In this document: piece after piece, positions 1-9,881 of the stretch | Numbering within the stretch: the first letter of the stretch is position 1 | How the letters are laid out: the number at the start of each line of letters is the position of its first letter | Assembly (NCBI GenBank): GCA_963664435.2 | Contig: CAXXKM010000001.1 | Location: 1,504,001-1,568,000 of the forward strand | Source of the DNA: Longimicrobiales bacterium | GTDB taxonomy: Bacteria > Gemmatimonadota > Gemmatimonadetes > Longimicrobiales > Gaopeijiaceae | Reading direction: 5' to 3' | DNA: 64,000 nt | Program-made: the position numbers and the translations under genes | Notes under the pieces: generated by a model | Seen by the model: the letters and a program-made list of their open reading frames with translations, nothing else | What the model was told of the DNA's origin: nothing | Database searches by the model: none

Positions 1-879
1 AACGCCTGCGTGGGCAACGGGGTGCCTTGGGTGCGCGCGGGCGTGGGCGCGGTGGCCACCCAGGCGGCGACCCGCACCGAATACGGCTACGAGCTCCTCG
101 GCCTGATGGAGGAGGGCGTCCTGCCGCAGGAAGCCCTGGGCCGGCGCCTGGCGGAGGACGACAACCCGACCCGGCGCCAGATCGGCGTCATCGGCGTGGA
201 CGGCCGCTCCGCCCAGCACACCGGCACCGGCGCCCGCCCGTGGGCCGGGCATCGCGCGGGCCCCAACTACGTCACCCAGGGCAACATCCTGGTGGGGCCG
301 GAAGTGATCGACGCCGTGGGAGACAGCTTCGAGTCCACCCAGGGCGCGGCCCGCCACCTGGCCGACAGACTCATCGAGGCGCTGCAGGCCGGGCAGCAGG
401 TGGGCGGGGACGCTCGCCATGGCGAGGCCCAGTCCGCCGCGGTCATGGTCGCCGACCCACGTCCCGGAATGGCCCGCCGCCAGGACGGCCTCACGGTGCA
501 GATCAACGTGTGCGAGCACGAGGAACCGATCGCGGAGATGCGCCGCATCTACGACAACATCTCCGAGACCCTCGGCTTCCGCACGCTCCAGCAGGAGATC
601 GGCCGCGACGTATACCAGCTCAAACTCATGCTGCACGAGCTCGGCTATTTCCGCGCGGACGCCGACGACGTCTCGCCCGAGGATGAGGACTGGAACGTCT
701 ACACCCAGGAAACCGTGGATGCCGTGGACGCGTATCGGGCCGCGCAGGGATGGCTGACGACGGTTCCGGGGTATGTGGATGGAGCTACCATCGAGCGGCT
801 CTGGAGCCAGCTGGAGGAAGAAGGGAAGGCGGAGGAGGTACGCAGGCGCCTGCTGGAGGTTCAGCGCATCCGGAGATGA
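1..879 (+). CDS. DUF1028-family (Ntn-hydrolase-like) protein with C-terminal peptidoglycan-binding-like domain; 5' truncated
   Basis: Motifs VPW.RAGVGAVATQA, RQ.GV, QGNIL, GGD.R..QSAA; frame is open from the window start. Confidence 0.8.
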   Translation, partial: NACVGNGVPWVRAGVGAVATQAATRTEYGYELLGLMEEGVLPQEALGRRLAEDDNPTRRQIGVIGVDGRSAQHTGTGARPWAGHRAGPNYVTQGNILVGPEVIDAVGDSFESTQGAARHLADRLIEALQAGQQVGGDARHGEAQSAAVMVADPRPGMARRQDGLTVQINVCEHEEPIAEMRRIYDNISETLGFRTLQQEIGRDVYQLKLMLHELGYFRADADDVSPEDEDWNVYTQETVDAVDAYRAAQGWLTTVPGYVDGATIERLWSQLEEEGKAEEVRRRLLEVQRIRR

Positions 880-926
880 GCAGGGTGCCGGACTTCCATG
901 TCGCCGACATGGGATGCCATACATGA
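876..926 (+). other. Bridging mini-ORF MSRVPDFHVADMGCHT
   Basis: ATGA overlap with the upstream stop (877-879) and ATGA overlap with the downstream start (923). Confidence 0.4.
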
Positions 927-1753
927 GCCCACAAACGACGATGACGAGCGAGATGGCGCCGAGTGAACGCCGGCGCGCGCCGCGAGTCCCGCCGGCCATC
1001 CCGGTGCTCGCCCTGGCGGCGCTTCTGCTTCTCCCCGCCCTCGCTCCCGCGCCCGCCACAGCCCAGACCGACCCCACGTTGCTGGCCATCATCGACGAGG
1101 TCGACCGCCTCATGCGCGGCGAATCGAGCACGGGCCGCATGCGCATGGAGATCGACACCGAGAACTGGTCGCGGACGCTCGAGATGCAGGTGTGGTCGCT
1201 CGGGACCGAGTACTCGCTGATTCGCGTCGAGAGCCCGCCGCGCGAGGCCGGCACCGCCACCCTCAAGGTCGAAAACGAGGTCTGGAACTACCTGCCCCGC
1301 GCCGACCGCACCATCAAGATCCCGCCCTCGATGATGCTCGGCTCCTGGATGGGCTCGCATGTCACCAACGACGACCTGGTGAAGGAGAGCCGCATCATCG
1401 AGGACTACGACATCGTCATCTCCTTCGAGGGGGAGCGCGACGGCGACGAGGTCTGGGAGTTCACCATGACGCCCAGGCCCGAGGCCCCGGTGATCTGGGG
1501 CAGCATCGAACAGGCCATCCGCAAGGGCGACCGCATGCCGCTGTGGACGCGCTACTACGACGAGGACGGCACCCTCTCGCGCACCATCACCTTCTCGGAT
1601 TTCGGCCCCATGGGCGGGCGCACCGTGCCCGCGCGCACCGTCATCGAGCCCGCCGACGCCGCGGAACGGACGGTGGTGACCTACCTCGAGCTCGAATTCG
1701 ACGCGGGATTGGAGGAGAGCTTCTTCAGCCTGCGCAACCTGCGGGCGCGCTGA
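923..1753 (+). CDS. Outer membrane lipoprotein-sorting (LolA-like) periplasmic protein
   Basis: Signal peptide ending ATA-Q; P.REAGTATLK, WNYLP, SWMGS..TNDDL, C-terminal FS..NL; precedes FtsX-type permeases. Start uncertain. Confidence 0.8.
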   Translation: MSPQTTMTSEMAPSERRRAPRVPPAIPVLALAALLLLPALAPAPATAQTDPTLLAIIDEVDRLMRGESSTGRMRMEIDTENWSRTLEMQVWSLGTEYSLIRVESPPREAGTATLKVENEVWNYLPRADRTIKIPPSMMLGSWMGSHVTNDDLVKESRIIEDYDIVISFEGERDGDEVWEFTMTPRPEAPVIWGSIEQAIRKGDRMPLWTRYYDEDGTLSRTITFSDFGPMGGRTVPARTVIEPADAAERTVVTYLELEFDAGLEESFFSLRNLRAR

Positions 1754-1845
1754 TGAAGAAACGGGACCGGCGCGAGCGCGAGCGCGATCGACAGTCGTCG
1801 CGCCCGGAGTCCGAGCCCGGTGCAAACGGCCACATCGGAGCATGA
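1753..1845 (+). other. Bridging mini-ORF MKKRDRRERERDRQSSRPESEPGANGHIGA
   Basis: TGATG overlap at the start; ATGA overlap with the ATG at 1842. Confidence 0.4.
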
Positions 1846-3104
1846 GGCTGATGATCCACCGCATCTGGTGGCGCATCGCCTGGCGCAACCTGTGGCGCAG
1901 CCGGCGCCGCACCCTCCTTACCGCCTCCGCCCTCGCCTTCGGCTTCGTGGCCTCCGTGCTCATGATCGGGTACATGGACGGCATCGTGGAGGAGATGGTC
2001 GCCAACGGGACCCGCGTGGTCACCGGCCAGGTCCGGATCCACGCCGAGGGTTACGAGCCTGAACGGAGCATCCACGACACGATGGGCGGCCGGGAGGGCC
2101 TCGACGTGGAGGCGCTGCTCGCGGCCGTCGAGACCCGGAACGGCGTCGTCGGAGCGGCCCCGCGGCTTTACGGGGGCGGGCTCCTCAGCTCCGGGGACGA
2201 GACCGTGGGGGGCGTGCTGGTGGGCGTCGATCCGGCCCGCGAGGCGGCCGTGAGCCGCTTCGGGAGCGCGCTGGTGGAAGGTCGCATGCCGGCGCCCGGC
2301 GAGATCGCGATGGGCGACGGCATGGCGGAAACGGTCGCGGTCGGGGTGGGCGACGAGGTGGTGCTGGTGGCGCCCGCCGCCGACGGCTCCACCGGCAACG
2401 ACCTGTTCACGGTCTCCGGCATCTTCAGCGTCGGCGTCGGGGCTCTCGACGACAGCTACGCCCTCCTCGAGATGGGCTCGCTCGCGGAGTTGATGGCGAT
2501 GGACCCGGGCCGCATCCACGAGGTGGCGATCGCGGTGGAGGATATTCGCGAGCCGGAGCCCGCCGCGGCGGCGATCCGGGAGGCCGTGGCCGGGATCGCA
2601 CCGGGACTCCGCACCGAACCCTGGTCGATCTTCCAGGACCAGCTGTACTTCATGGTCAACTACGTCGGCGCCGTGAACGTCTACGTCGCGGCCTTCATCT
2701 TCGGGATGGCGGCCTTCGGCGTGGCCAACGCAATGCTCCTGGCGACCTTCGAGCGCCGCCGGGAGTTCGCGGTGGTGCGCGCGCTCGGCACGCCGGGCGG
2801 GGCCATCGGCCGGATCGTGGTCTACGAGGGCCTGCTCCTGGGGCTCATCTCACTCGGAGCGGGCGTCCTGCTGGCCGCGCCGCTGATGGTCTACATCCAT
2901 GAGAATCCCATCGACCTGAGCCGCTACGTCGGGACCTATTCCTTCGCGGGCTCCGCGGTCCGCCCCCTGCTCACCGTCGAGTACTCCTGGGCAGGTCCCC
3001 TGGCGAGCGGGATCGCCCTGGTGGCAACCGGGATCGTCTCGGCACTCCTGCCCGCCTGGCGGGCGGTGCGCGTCCCTCCCGCCGACGCGCTGGCCAATCG
3101 CTGA
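1842..3104 (+). CDS. ABC transporter permease, FtsX/LolC-E/MacB type
   Basis: IAWRNLWRSRRRTLLT N-terminus, large periplasmic loop, ERRREF..RALG, PA.RA..V.P..AL C-terminus. Confidence 0.9.
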   Translation: MRLMIHRIWWRIAWRNLWRSRRRTLLTASALAFGFVASVLMIGYMDGIVEEMVANGTRVVTGQVRIHAEGYEPERSIHDTMGGREGLDVEALLAAVETRNGVVGAAPRLYGGGLLSSGDETVGGVLVGVDPAREAAVSRFGSALVEGRMPAPGEIAMGDGMAETVAVGVGDEVVLVAPAADGSTGNDLFTVSGIFSVGVGALDDSYALLEMGSLAELMAMDPGRIHEVAIAVEDIREPEPAAAAIREAVAGIAPGLRTEPWSIFQDQLYFMVNYVGAVNVYVAAFIFGMAAFGVANAMLLATFERRREFAVVRALGTPGGAIGRIVVYEGLLLGLISLGAGVLLAAPLMVYIHENPIDLSRYVGTYSFAGSAVRPLLTVEYSWAGPLASGIALVATGIVSALLPAWRAVRVPPADALANR

Positions 3105-4372
3105 TGGGCCGTCTTCCCACCCTTACCTGGCTGGCGCTGCGCAACCTGGGCCGGGAGTTCCGGCGGAGCGCCCTCACCGCCGCCGCCATGGCGCTGGGGC
3201 TCGCGCTCCTGATCTGGTCCCGCTCCCTGGCCGACGGCGCCCACGAGGACTGGATCGACGCGGGCGTGCGGCTCGGAGAGGGACACGTCACCTTCACCGC
3301 ATCCGGCTACCGCGACAGCAAAAGCCTGGACGACCGCCTGTCGCCCGCCCAGCTGGAGGTGGCGCTGGGGGCGCTCGGTGAGGTCGAACTCCGGGACGCT
3401 TTCGCCGCCGCGCCGCCGCTGGCTTCGGTGCGGGTCGAGACCCGCGGGCTCGCGTCCTCTCCCTACGGCGCGCTCCCGGTGTTCATCGTCGGCGTCCAAC
3501 CCTCGGTCGAACCGGGCTTCTCCAGGCTCGGGGAGGAAGTTGTCGACGGGCGCTACCTGGAAGAAGGCGACCGCCTGCACGCCTTCATCGGTGCGTCGCT
3601 GGCGGAGCGCCTGGGCGTCCGCACCGGATCGCGCATGGTGCTGACGGCGCAGTCGGTCCCGGGGGACATCGAGGGGCAGCTGGTGCGCGTTGTGGGAACC
3701 TACCGCACCGGCGTCCAGGGTCTCGACGAGTCGCTGGTGCACATCCCGCTCGCCACCGCGCGCGCCTGGCTGGGAGTGGAGGGCGCCACCAGCGTCGCCG
3801 TGCTGCTGCCCAACTCGACCTTCACCGATCCGGTACGCGGCGAGCTGGATTCGGCCACGCGTCCCGACGGCATCCAGGTGGTGGGGTGGCCGGAGTCGCT
3901 GCCGGACCTTTACGCGGCGCTCCAGCTCGACGACGGCGGCGACTGGGCCTTCCACGTCATTCTCTTCATCATCGTCGCCCTAGCGATCCTCAACGCCATC
4001 TTCATGTCGGTGCTCAACCGCAAGCGCGAGCTGGGGCTGCTGCGGGCCCTGGGACTGAGCGGCGGCGAGACGGGGCTCGTCGTCTACATCGAGGGCGTGC
4101 TGCTCACGGGCGCGAGCGGGATCGTGGGCGTGGCGCTCGGCATGGTCATCGTGTTCGTGTTCTTCCGCGACGGGATGGACCTTTCGGGGCTGATGCCCGA
4201 CGACATCAACTTCGGGGGCATCGCCTTCGATCCGGTCATGGTCCCGGTGATCCAGGCCAGGCACGTGGTGCAGAGCGTGCTCCTGACGGCGACGATCGGG
4301 CTGGCCGCATCCCTCTTCCCGGCGTGGCACGCGGCCCGCCTGGACCCGGCTGAGTCAGTCAAGGTGGAATAG
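3104..4372 (+). CDS. ABC transporter permease, FtsX/LolC-E/MacB type (paralog)
   Basis: LALRNL.R..RRS.LT, R.RELGLLRALG, PAW.AARLDP; TGATG-coupled to the upstream gene. Confidence 0.9.
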   Translation: MGRLPTLTWLALRNLGREFRRSALTAAAMALGLALLIWSRSLADGAHEDWIDAGVRLGEGHVTFTASGYRDSKSLDDRLSPAQLEVALGALGEVELRDAFAAAPPLASVRVETRGLASSPYGALPVFIVGVQPSVEPGFSRLGEEVVDGRYLEEGDRLHAFIGASLAERLGVRTGSRMVLTAQSVPGDIEGQLVRVVGTYRTGVQGLDESLVHIPLATARAWLGVEGATSVAVLLPNSTFTDPVRGELDSATRPDGIQVVGWPESLPDLYAALQLDDGGDWAFHVILFIIVALAILNAIFMSVLNRKRELGLLRALGLSGGETGLVVYIEGVLLTGASGIVGVALGMVIVFVFFRDGMDLSGLMPDDINFGGIAFDPVMVPVIQARHVVQSVLLTATIGLAASLFPAWHAARLDPAESVKVE

Positions 4373-5146
4373 ATGGAAGGGAAGGCGGGTCGGATGGCGA
4401 CGAGTGCGGCGACGAGATCCGCGGCCGACCGTGCGGGGCCTGACGGGCCCGCGGATCATGCGGTGCGGACCGAGGCGCTCTGGAAGATCTATCCGCAGGA
4501 GCCCCGGCCGGTTGAGGCGGTGCGCGGGGTCGACCTCACGGTGGAACGCGGCGAGTTCGTGGCCATGGCGGGCCCGTCGGGTTCCGGCAAGACCACGGTG
4601 CTGAACCTGCTGGGGGGCCTGACGCGTCCCACGCGCGGGAAGATCTGGATCGACGGCCTGGAGCTTTCGGCGCTGCCGGACCGGAAGCTGGCCGCGGTGC
4701 GGCAGAACCACATCGGCTTCGTCTTCCAGTCCTACAACCTCCTGCCCATGCTGACCGCCCTGGAGAACGCCGAATTCACGCTGATGCTTCAGGGCGTGCC
4801 CGCGCGCGAGCGGCGCGAACGCGTGCTCCGACTGTTCCGCGAGATCGGGCTGGAAGGGATGGAACACCGGCGGCCCTTCAAACTGTCCGGCGGCCAGCAG
4901 CAGCGGGTTGCGGTGGCGCGGGCGGTGCTCGGGGCGCCGGCGCTGGTGCTCGCCGACGAACCCACGGCCAACCTGGATTCGACCACCGCCGAGGCGCTCC
5001 TCGACGTGATGCAGCAGCTCAACCGCGACAAGGGCACCACCTTCGTCTTCTCGACCCACGACCCCCGGGTGATGAAGCGCGCGGGTCGCCTGATCCGGCT
5101 GGTGGACGGACGGATCGCGGAGGATGTGGTGCGGGGTGGGGGGTAG
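4373..5146 (+). CDS. ABC transporter ATP-binding protein (LolD-like)
   Basis: Walker A GPSGSGKT, IGFVFQSYNL, LSGGQQQRVA, ADEPTANLD, STHD. Confidence 0.95.
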   Translation: MEGKAGRMATSAATRSAADRAGPDGPADHAVRTEALWKIYPQEPRPVEAVRGVDLTVERGEFVAMAGPSGSGKTTVLNLLGGLTRPTRGKIWIDGLELSALPDRKLAAVRQNHIGFVFQSYNLLPMLTALENAEFTLMLQGVPARERRERVLRLFREIGLEGMEHRRPFKLSGGQQQRVAVARAVLGAPALVLADEPTANLDSTTAEALLDVMQQLNRDKGTTFVFSTHDPRVMKRAGRLIRLVDGRIAEDVVRGGG

Positions 5147-6410
5147 CCGGCGGCTGAGCCCGACGCGATCGGCCGCGGGGCGGCCAAAGACGGCGTGCGG
5201 GCCTTCACCGGAAGCTCGCTCGCTGCTCGTTTTTCTCCGGCTTTGCGCCGCTCTCTGGCTCTCCCCCAGCACCGTTGCCGCCCAGCAGCCCGGTCTCTCT
5301 GGATACTACCTGAACGTCGCCACGCATGTGCAGGAGAGCGTGCTCGGGCCGGCGGGCGCGTCGGACGTGCAGCGCCTACGCCTCATGTGGAACGCCTCGC
5401 CCGGGCCGGTGCGCCTGGAGGCCGCCTACGAGCAAACCCTGACGTTACGTCAGGCCGGCGCCCCCGGCGCGCAGCTCTTCACCACGGCCGGGACGGTCTC
5501 CGGAGGCGACTGGTTCTCGCTGGGCGGGGAAATCGAGTCCGGCGAGCGCGCCGAGTGGCGGCACCGGTTCGACCGGCTGAACCTGCGCCTCGACCTGGGC
5601 GGCAGCACGGACCTCACCGTTGGCCGGCAGCCGGTGTCGTGGGCCACCACCCTCGTGCTCACCCCCGCCGACCCCTTCTCCCCCTTCGACCCGGCCGATC
5701 CCTTCCGCGAGTACCGCATCGGGGTGGACGCCGCGCGCCTCCGCTACTACCGCGGGGCGTTCACCCAGTTCGAGGTCGTCGCCCGCCCCGCCCGCATCGG
5801 CGAGCGCGAGACCCTTACCCTGCTCGGGCGCGCGCGCACCAACGCCGCGGGCTGGGACGCGGGGGGATGGGCGGGCCTGGTCCACGACACCTTCGGCGCG
5901 GCGGCCTTCCTGAGCGGGGCGGTGGGGCTGTGGGCGCTCAGGGCGGAGGCGGCCGTGCGTGACCTGGACGGCCGGACGTCGGTGCGCGCCGCCATCGGGC
6001 TCGACCGCACCTTCCCGATCGCGGAACGCGACCTGTACATCGTCATCGAGTACCAGCACGACGGCATGGGCGCCACGTCCCCGGACGAGCTGCTCGCCGC
6101 CGCGACCGGCCGCGCCTTCGCCCAGAGCGAGATGCAGGTCCTCGGCCGCGACACGGGCGTGCTGCAGCTCTCCTACCCGCTGCACCCGCTGGTATCGGCG
6201 AGCGCCCTCTGGCTGGGCAGCCTGCGCGACGGCTCGTTTCTGGTGTCCCCCGGGCTGGGCTACTCGGCGACGGAGAGTCTGGGGCTCCGGCTGGGAGCGT
6301 TTTTCGGCGTCGGCGACGAGCCGGCGGCCGGCGGTCCCACGTGGACGCTCACATCCGAGTACGGCGCCCTGCCCCGAGTGCTGTTCGTGTCGGCGAACTG
6401 GTTCTTCTAG
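5124..6410 (+). CDS. Putative outer-membrane beta-barrel protein
   Basis: Signal-like segment ending VAA-Q, alternating amphipathic strands, TVGRQ.VSW motif, aromatic C-terminus NWFF. Start uncertain. Confidence 0.7.
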   Translation: MWCGVGGSRRLSPTRSAAGRPKTACGPSPEARSLLVFLRLCAALWLSPSTVAAQQPGLSGYYLNVATHVQESVLGPAGASDVQRLRLMWNASPGPVRLEAAYEQTLTLRQAGAPGAQLFTTAGTVSGGDWFSLGGEIESGERAEWRHRFDRLNLRLDLGGSTDLTVGRQPVSWATTLVLTPADPFSPFDPADPFREYRIGVDAARLRYYRGAFTQFEVVARPARIGERETLTLLGRARTNAAGWDAGGWAGLVHDTFGAAAFLSGAVGLWALRAEAAVRDLDGRTSVRAAIGLDRTFPIAERDLYIVIEYQHDGMGATSPDELLAAATGRAFAQSEMQVLGRDTGVLQLSYPLHPLVSASALWLGSLRDGSFLVSPGLGYSATESLGLRLGAFFGVGDEPAAGGPTWTLTSEYGALPRVLFVSANWFF

Positions 6411-6670
6411 CGCGATGAATCCCCGGGGGGCACATCGAGGCGACCCCAACACCACACTTCCACCTGACGGTCCATCAGGTTCTGCACCTTCTTCAGAGAT
6501 TCCTCATACCGGGCACCGTAGTGCTCCGACGCGGTGTGAAGACAGCGGGCGCACGTGGCTTCACTCACACTGCTCGTATGGAGATCCGTGCCGTTCCCGG
6601 AACACCAGGTCTTCGTCGCATCATGGGGATCCCGCAAGAGGTGCACCGGGTCCGCTCCCCTGGGGTTCAT
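6407..6670 (-). CDS. Small hypothetical protein (87 aa) with His/Cys and CxxC motif
   Basis: Strong SD GGAGGAGG before ATG 6670; H...TWC...ATCARC. Confidence 0.5.
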   Translation of the reverse strand: MNPRGADPVHLLRDPHDATKTWCSGNGTDLHTSSVSEATCARCLHTASEHYGARYEESLKKVQNLMDRQVEVWCWGRLDVPPGDSSR

Positions 6671-7029
6671 GCTGTCCTCCTCCGGCCCAATCGGAGGCCG
6701 CAATGGGAGCCCCATTCGCATCCATATGCGCCCCAATCCCGGGACGTATATGGGCCCATTCGAATGGAGCCTGTTGCGGTCTCGTGACCCGGGCTGCCGC
6801 ACGGTCGTACAATCGCGGTATGGTCGTTGGCCACATGCGTGGCGCCTCTGTCCTAATGGTGTTGTTGTACCTTAAAGATAGCCATTCTGGTATGGACGTA
6901 GTGTGTACACGGGCAGTATTTTCCATGTTGAAATCATGTATTGGTCGAGATTCCACCATGTGAAAGCCGCGCGCGGAAACCGGGGCGGAGCACGACGGCG
7001 GTTTTGCGCTCGCGGCCCGGAGGCAGCCA

Positions 7030-9351
7030 TTGAACGATCTCAACAGACTCAGAGGGGAGAACACTGCGTTGCGGGACCGGCTCTCCCGGCTGACGGCCGC
7101 CATCCTGCGCATCAGTTCTAGTCTCGACCCGGCCACCGTGCTCCAGGAGTCCGTCGACAGCGCCCGCGCACTGACCGGCACCCGCAAGGGTGTTATTACG
7201 ACGATCGACGAGCGCGGACACCTTCGAGACTTCCACACCTCCGGCTTTTCTCCCGAGCAACTCCGGATGATGATGGGGTGGCCCGACGGAACGTGGCTCT
7301 TCGAGCACCTTCGGGACCGTCCGAATCCTTTCCGGTTGGCGGACTTTCCCGGCTACCTGAGTTCGCTCCGCCTGGCCCCGGCCCCCTGGGCTTCGAGAAC
7401 GCTGCAGGGCGCTCCGATGCACCACCGAGGGGATCATCTCGGCCACTTCTTCCTCGGCGACAAGAAGGACGGCGCGCCATTCACGGCCGAGGACGAGGAG
7501 ATCCTGCTGCTGTTCGCTTCACAAGCGGCGGCCGCGATCGCGAACGCGCGCGCGCACCGCGTCGTCGAGCGGGCGCGGGCCGACCTCGAGGCCCTGGTCG
7601 AGACCTCGCCGGTCGGCGTGGTGGTGTTCGACGCCCGAACCGGTGGTGTGGCGTCGATCAACCGCGAGGCAAAGCGCATCGTTGAGGGGATCCGCGCTCC
7701 AGGTTGCCCGTCGGAGCAACTCCTGGAAGACCTGATGATGCGGCACGGTGACGGGCCGGAGTTCTCGCTCGCGGATCTGCCCCTGGCGCGGCACCTTGAG
7801 GGTGCCACGACCGTGCGCGCCGAGGAAGTCGAGCTTTCGGTGCCTGACGGGCGGACCGTCCGGACGCTCATCAGCGTGACGCCGATCCATTCCGGGTCGG
7901 AAGAACTCGTATCGGTCGTCGTCACCATGCAGAACCTGGGCGCGTTCGAAGAGCTGGAGCGCCAGCGGGCGGAGTTCATCGGCATGGTGAGCCACGAACT
8001 CCGAGCCCCGCTTACCTCCATCAAGGGTTCGACCGCCACCGTGCTCGATACGTCCTCCGCCCCTTCCCGGGCCGAGATGATGCAATTCTTCCGCCTCATC
8101 GACCGGCAGGCCAATCATATGACAGGTCTCATCGCAGACCTGCTGGACGCCGGGGGCATCGAGGCGGGCACACTCACCGTCACGCCCGAACCCTCGCACG
8201 TGGCTTCGCTCGTGGACCGGGCCCGGACCACCTTCCTGAGCGGTGGAGCTCGGCATCCTGTCCTCGTCGACCTCCCGCCCGTCCTGCCGCGGGTGATGGC
8301 CGACCCCGAGCGCATCGTCCAGGTGCTGAAAAACCTCTTCTCCAACGCGGCCATTCGCGCTCCCGAGTCGTCTCCGATCCTGGTCGAAGCGGCGCGCGAT
8401 GGCGTACACGTGGCCATCTCGGTTTCGGACGAGGGAAAGGGATTCCCGCCCGACCGGCTCCCGCACCTGTTCCGGAAGCGCGCGGGCCTCACACGAGGCA
8501 CCGGGCTCGGCCTGGCGATCTGCAAGGGGCTCGTGGAGGCACATGGCGGCCGGATCCAGGTGGAGAGCGGGGGGTCGGGCCTCGGCGCGCGGTTCACTTT
8601 TTCTCTCCCCGCCGCCGGGGAGACGACAGCCGTCTCCTTCCGCAGTCCCGAGCCCCCGATGCGGAACGAGCGCGAGCACACGCGCGTCCTCGTGGTCGAC
8701 GACGATCCGCTTATGCTGCGCTTCGTTCGCGACGCCCTCTCGAAGGCGGGTTATGCCCCGCTCATGACAGACGACCCGCGGGAACTGTCGCGCCTGATCC
8801 GGACCGAGAAGCCCGAGCTCGTCCTTCTCGACCTCATCCTGCCCGGGACCGACGGGATCAAGCTGATGGAGCAGATCCCCATGCTTGCCGACCTTCCCGT
8901 AATCTTCATCTCCGGCTACCGCAGGGACGAAACCATCGCGAAGGCGCTCGAACTCGGGGCGGCGGACTACATGGTCAAGCCGTTTTCGCCGACCGAACTC
9001 GTGGCCAGAGTCCAGGCGACCCTGCGGCGCCTGTCCCAACCGGAGTCAATCGAGCTTGGCGACCTCTGCATCCGCTACGATCGACGGCAGGTGACGCTGG
9101 CCGGTCGCGCTGTCGAGCTGACCGCTATGGAATACGAGGCATTGCGCGTGCTCTCGCGCAACGCCGGACGTGTGACGGCTTACGACGAGTTGCTGCGCCA
9201 GGTGTGGGGCCGGCGCGGCGGGGGCGACCCCGGGCCGGTACGCACCGTTGTGAAAAAGCTCCGTCACAAGCTCGGAGACGACGCGTCCAAACCGGCCTAC
9301 ATTCGCACGCACCGCGGTGTCGGCTACCGTATGGTCGAGCCTGGTTCGTGA
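7030..9351 (+). CDS. Cytoplasmic hybrid sensor-regulator GAF-PAS-HisKA-HATPase-REC-OmpR-type winged helix
   Basis: SD GGAGG + TTG; SHELRAPLTSIKG, NLFSNA, DEGKG, GTGLGLAIC, VVDDD, LLDL.LP, KPF, RGVGYRM. Confidence 0.9.
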   Translation: MNDLNRLRGENTALRDRLSRLTAAILRISSSLDPATVLQESVDSARALTGTRKGVITTIDERGHLRDFHTSGFSPEQLRMMMGWPDGTWLFEHLRDRPNPFRLADFPGYLSSLRLAPAPWASRTLQGAPMHHRGDHLGHFFLGDKKDGAPFTAEDEEILLLFASQAAAAIANARAHRVVERARADLEALVETSPVGVVVFDARTGGVASINREAKRIVEGIRAPGCPSEQLLEDLMMRHGDGPEFSLADLPLARHLEGATTVRAEEVELSVPDGRTVRTLISVTPIHSGSEELVSVVVTMQNLGAFEELERQRAEFIGMVSHELRAPLTSIKGSTATVLDTSSAPSRAEMMQFFRLIDRQANHMTGLIADLLDAGGIEAGTLTVTPEPSHVASLVDRARTTFLSGGARHPVLVDLPPVLPRVMADPERIVQVLKNLFSNAAIRAPESSPILVEAARDGVHVAISVSDEGKGFPPDRLPHLFRKRAGLTRGTGLGLAICKGLVEAHGGRIQVESGGSGLGARFTFSLPAAGETTAVSFRSPEPPMRNEREHTRVLVVDDDPLMLRFVRDALSKAGYAPLMTDDPRELSRLIRTEKPELVLLDLILPGTDGIKLMEQIPMLADLPVIFISGYRRDETIAKALELGAADYMVKPFSPTELVARVQATLRRLSQPESIELGDLCIRYDRRQVTLAGRAVELTAMEYEALRVLSRNAGRVTAYDELLRQVWGRRGGGDPGPVRTVVKKLRHKLGDDASKPAYIRTHRGVGYRMVEPGS

Positions 9352-9381
9352 CGCCCCTCGGCGTTCTTCCCGCCGAGCCCG

Positions 9382-9865
9382 TCAGCGAGGGCTCCCGCGA
9401 CCGGGCAGCGTCAGCCAGCGCCCGACCCGCTCCATGTACGCCACATACTCCTCTCCGAAACTCCCGCGTGAGGCGGGGCTCCTCGTACAGCCGGATGAAC
9501 AGCGAGAAGAAGACGAAGATCGCGGCGCCGTAGGCCCAAAGGACCGGCGCGCCGTAGAGAATGGCCCAGCCGGCGACCGCGCTCAGCACCGCCACGTACA
9601 TGGGATTGCGCGTGTAGCGGTAGAACCCCCGGGTCACCAGCCGCCCCGGCGCGTCGGTGATCGCGGGGGTGCCCCGCCCGAACGACGCAAAGTCCCACGC
9701 GGAGCGCAGGTAGACGAGGGCGCCGAGCGCCAGGAGCGGGAAGGCGAGGACGCGCGTGGCGCCGCCCCCAGCCGCCCCGTCCCCCGCGATGAGCAGCGGG
9801 ATGAGCACCGCGACGCTGCCGGGCACCACCAGCGTAAACAGGGCCGTCTTCAGAAAGGGGCTCAT
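9382..9865 (-). pseudogene. Isoprenylcysteine carboxyl methyltransferase/PEMT-family membrane protein with a +1 frameshift near the 3' end
   Basis: GRGTP, LV..GFYRYTRNPMY, EEP.L; removing one A from AAA 9458-9460 restores FGEEYVAYMERVGRW and a stop at 9382-9384. Confidence 0.75.
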
Positions 9866-9881
9866 GTCGTGCCTCAGAAGC

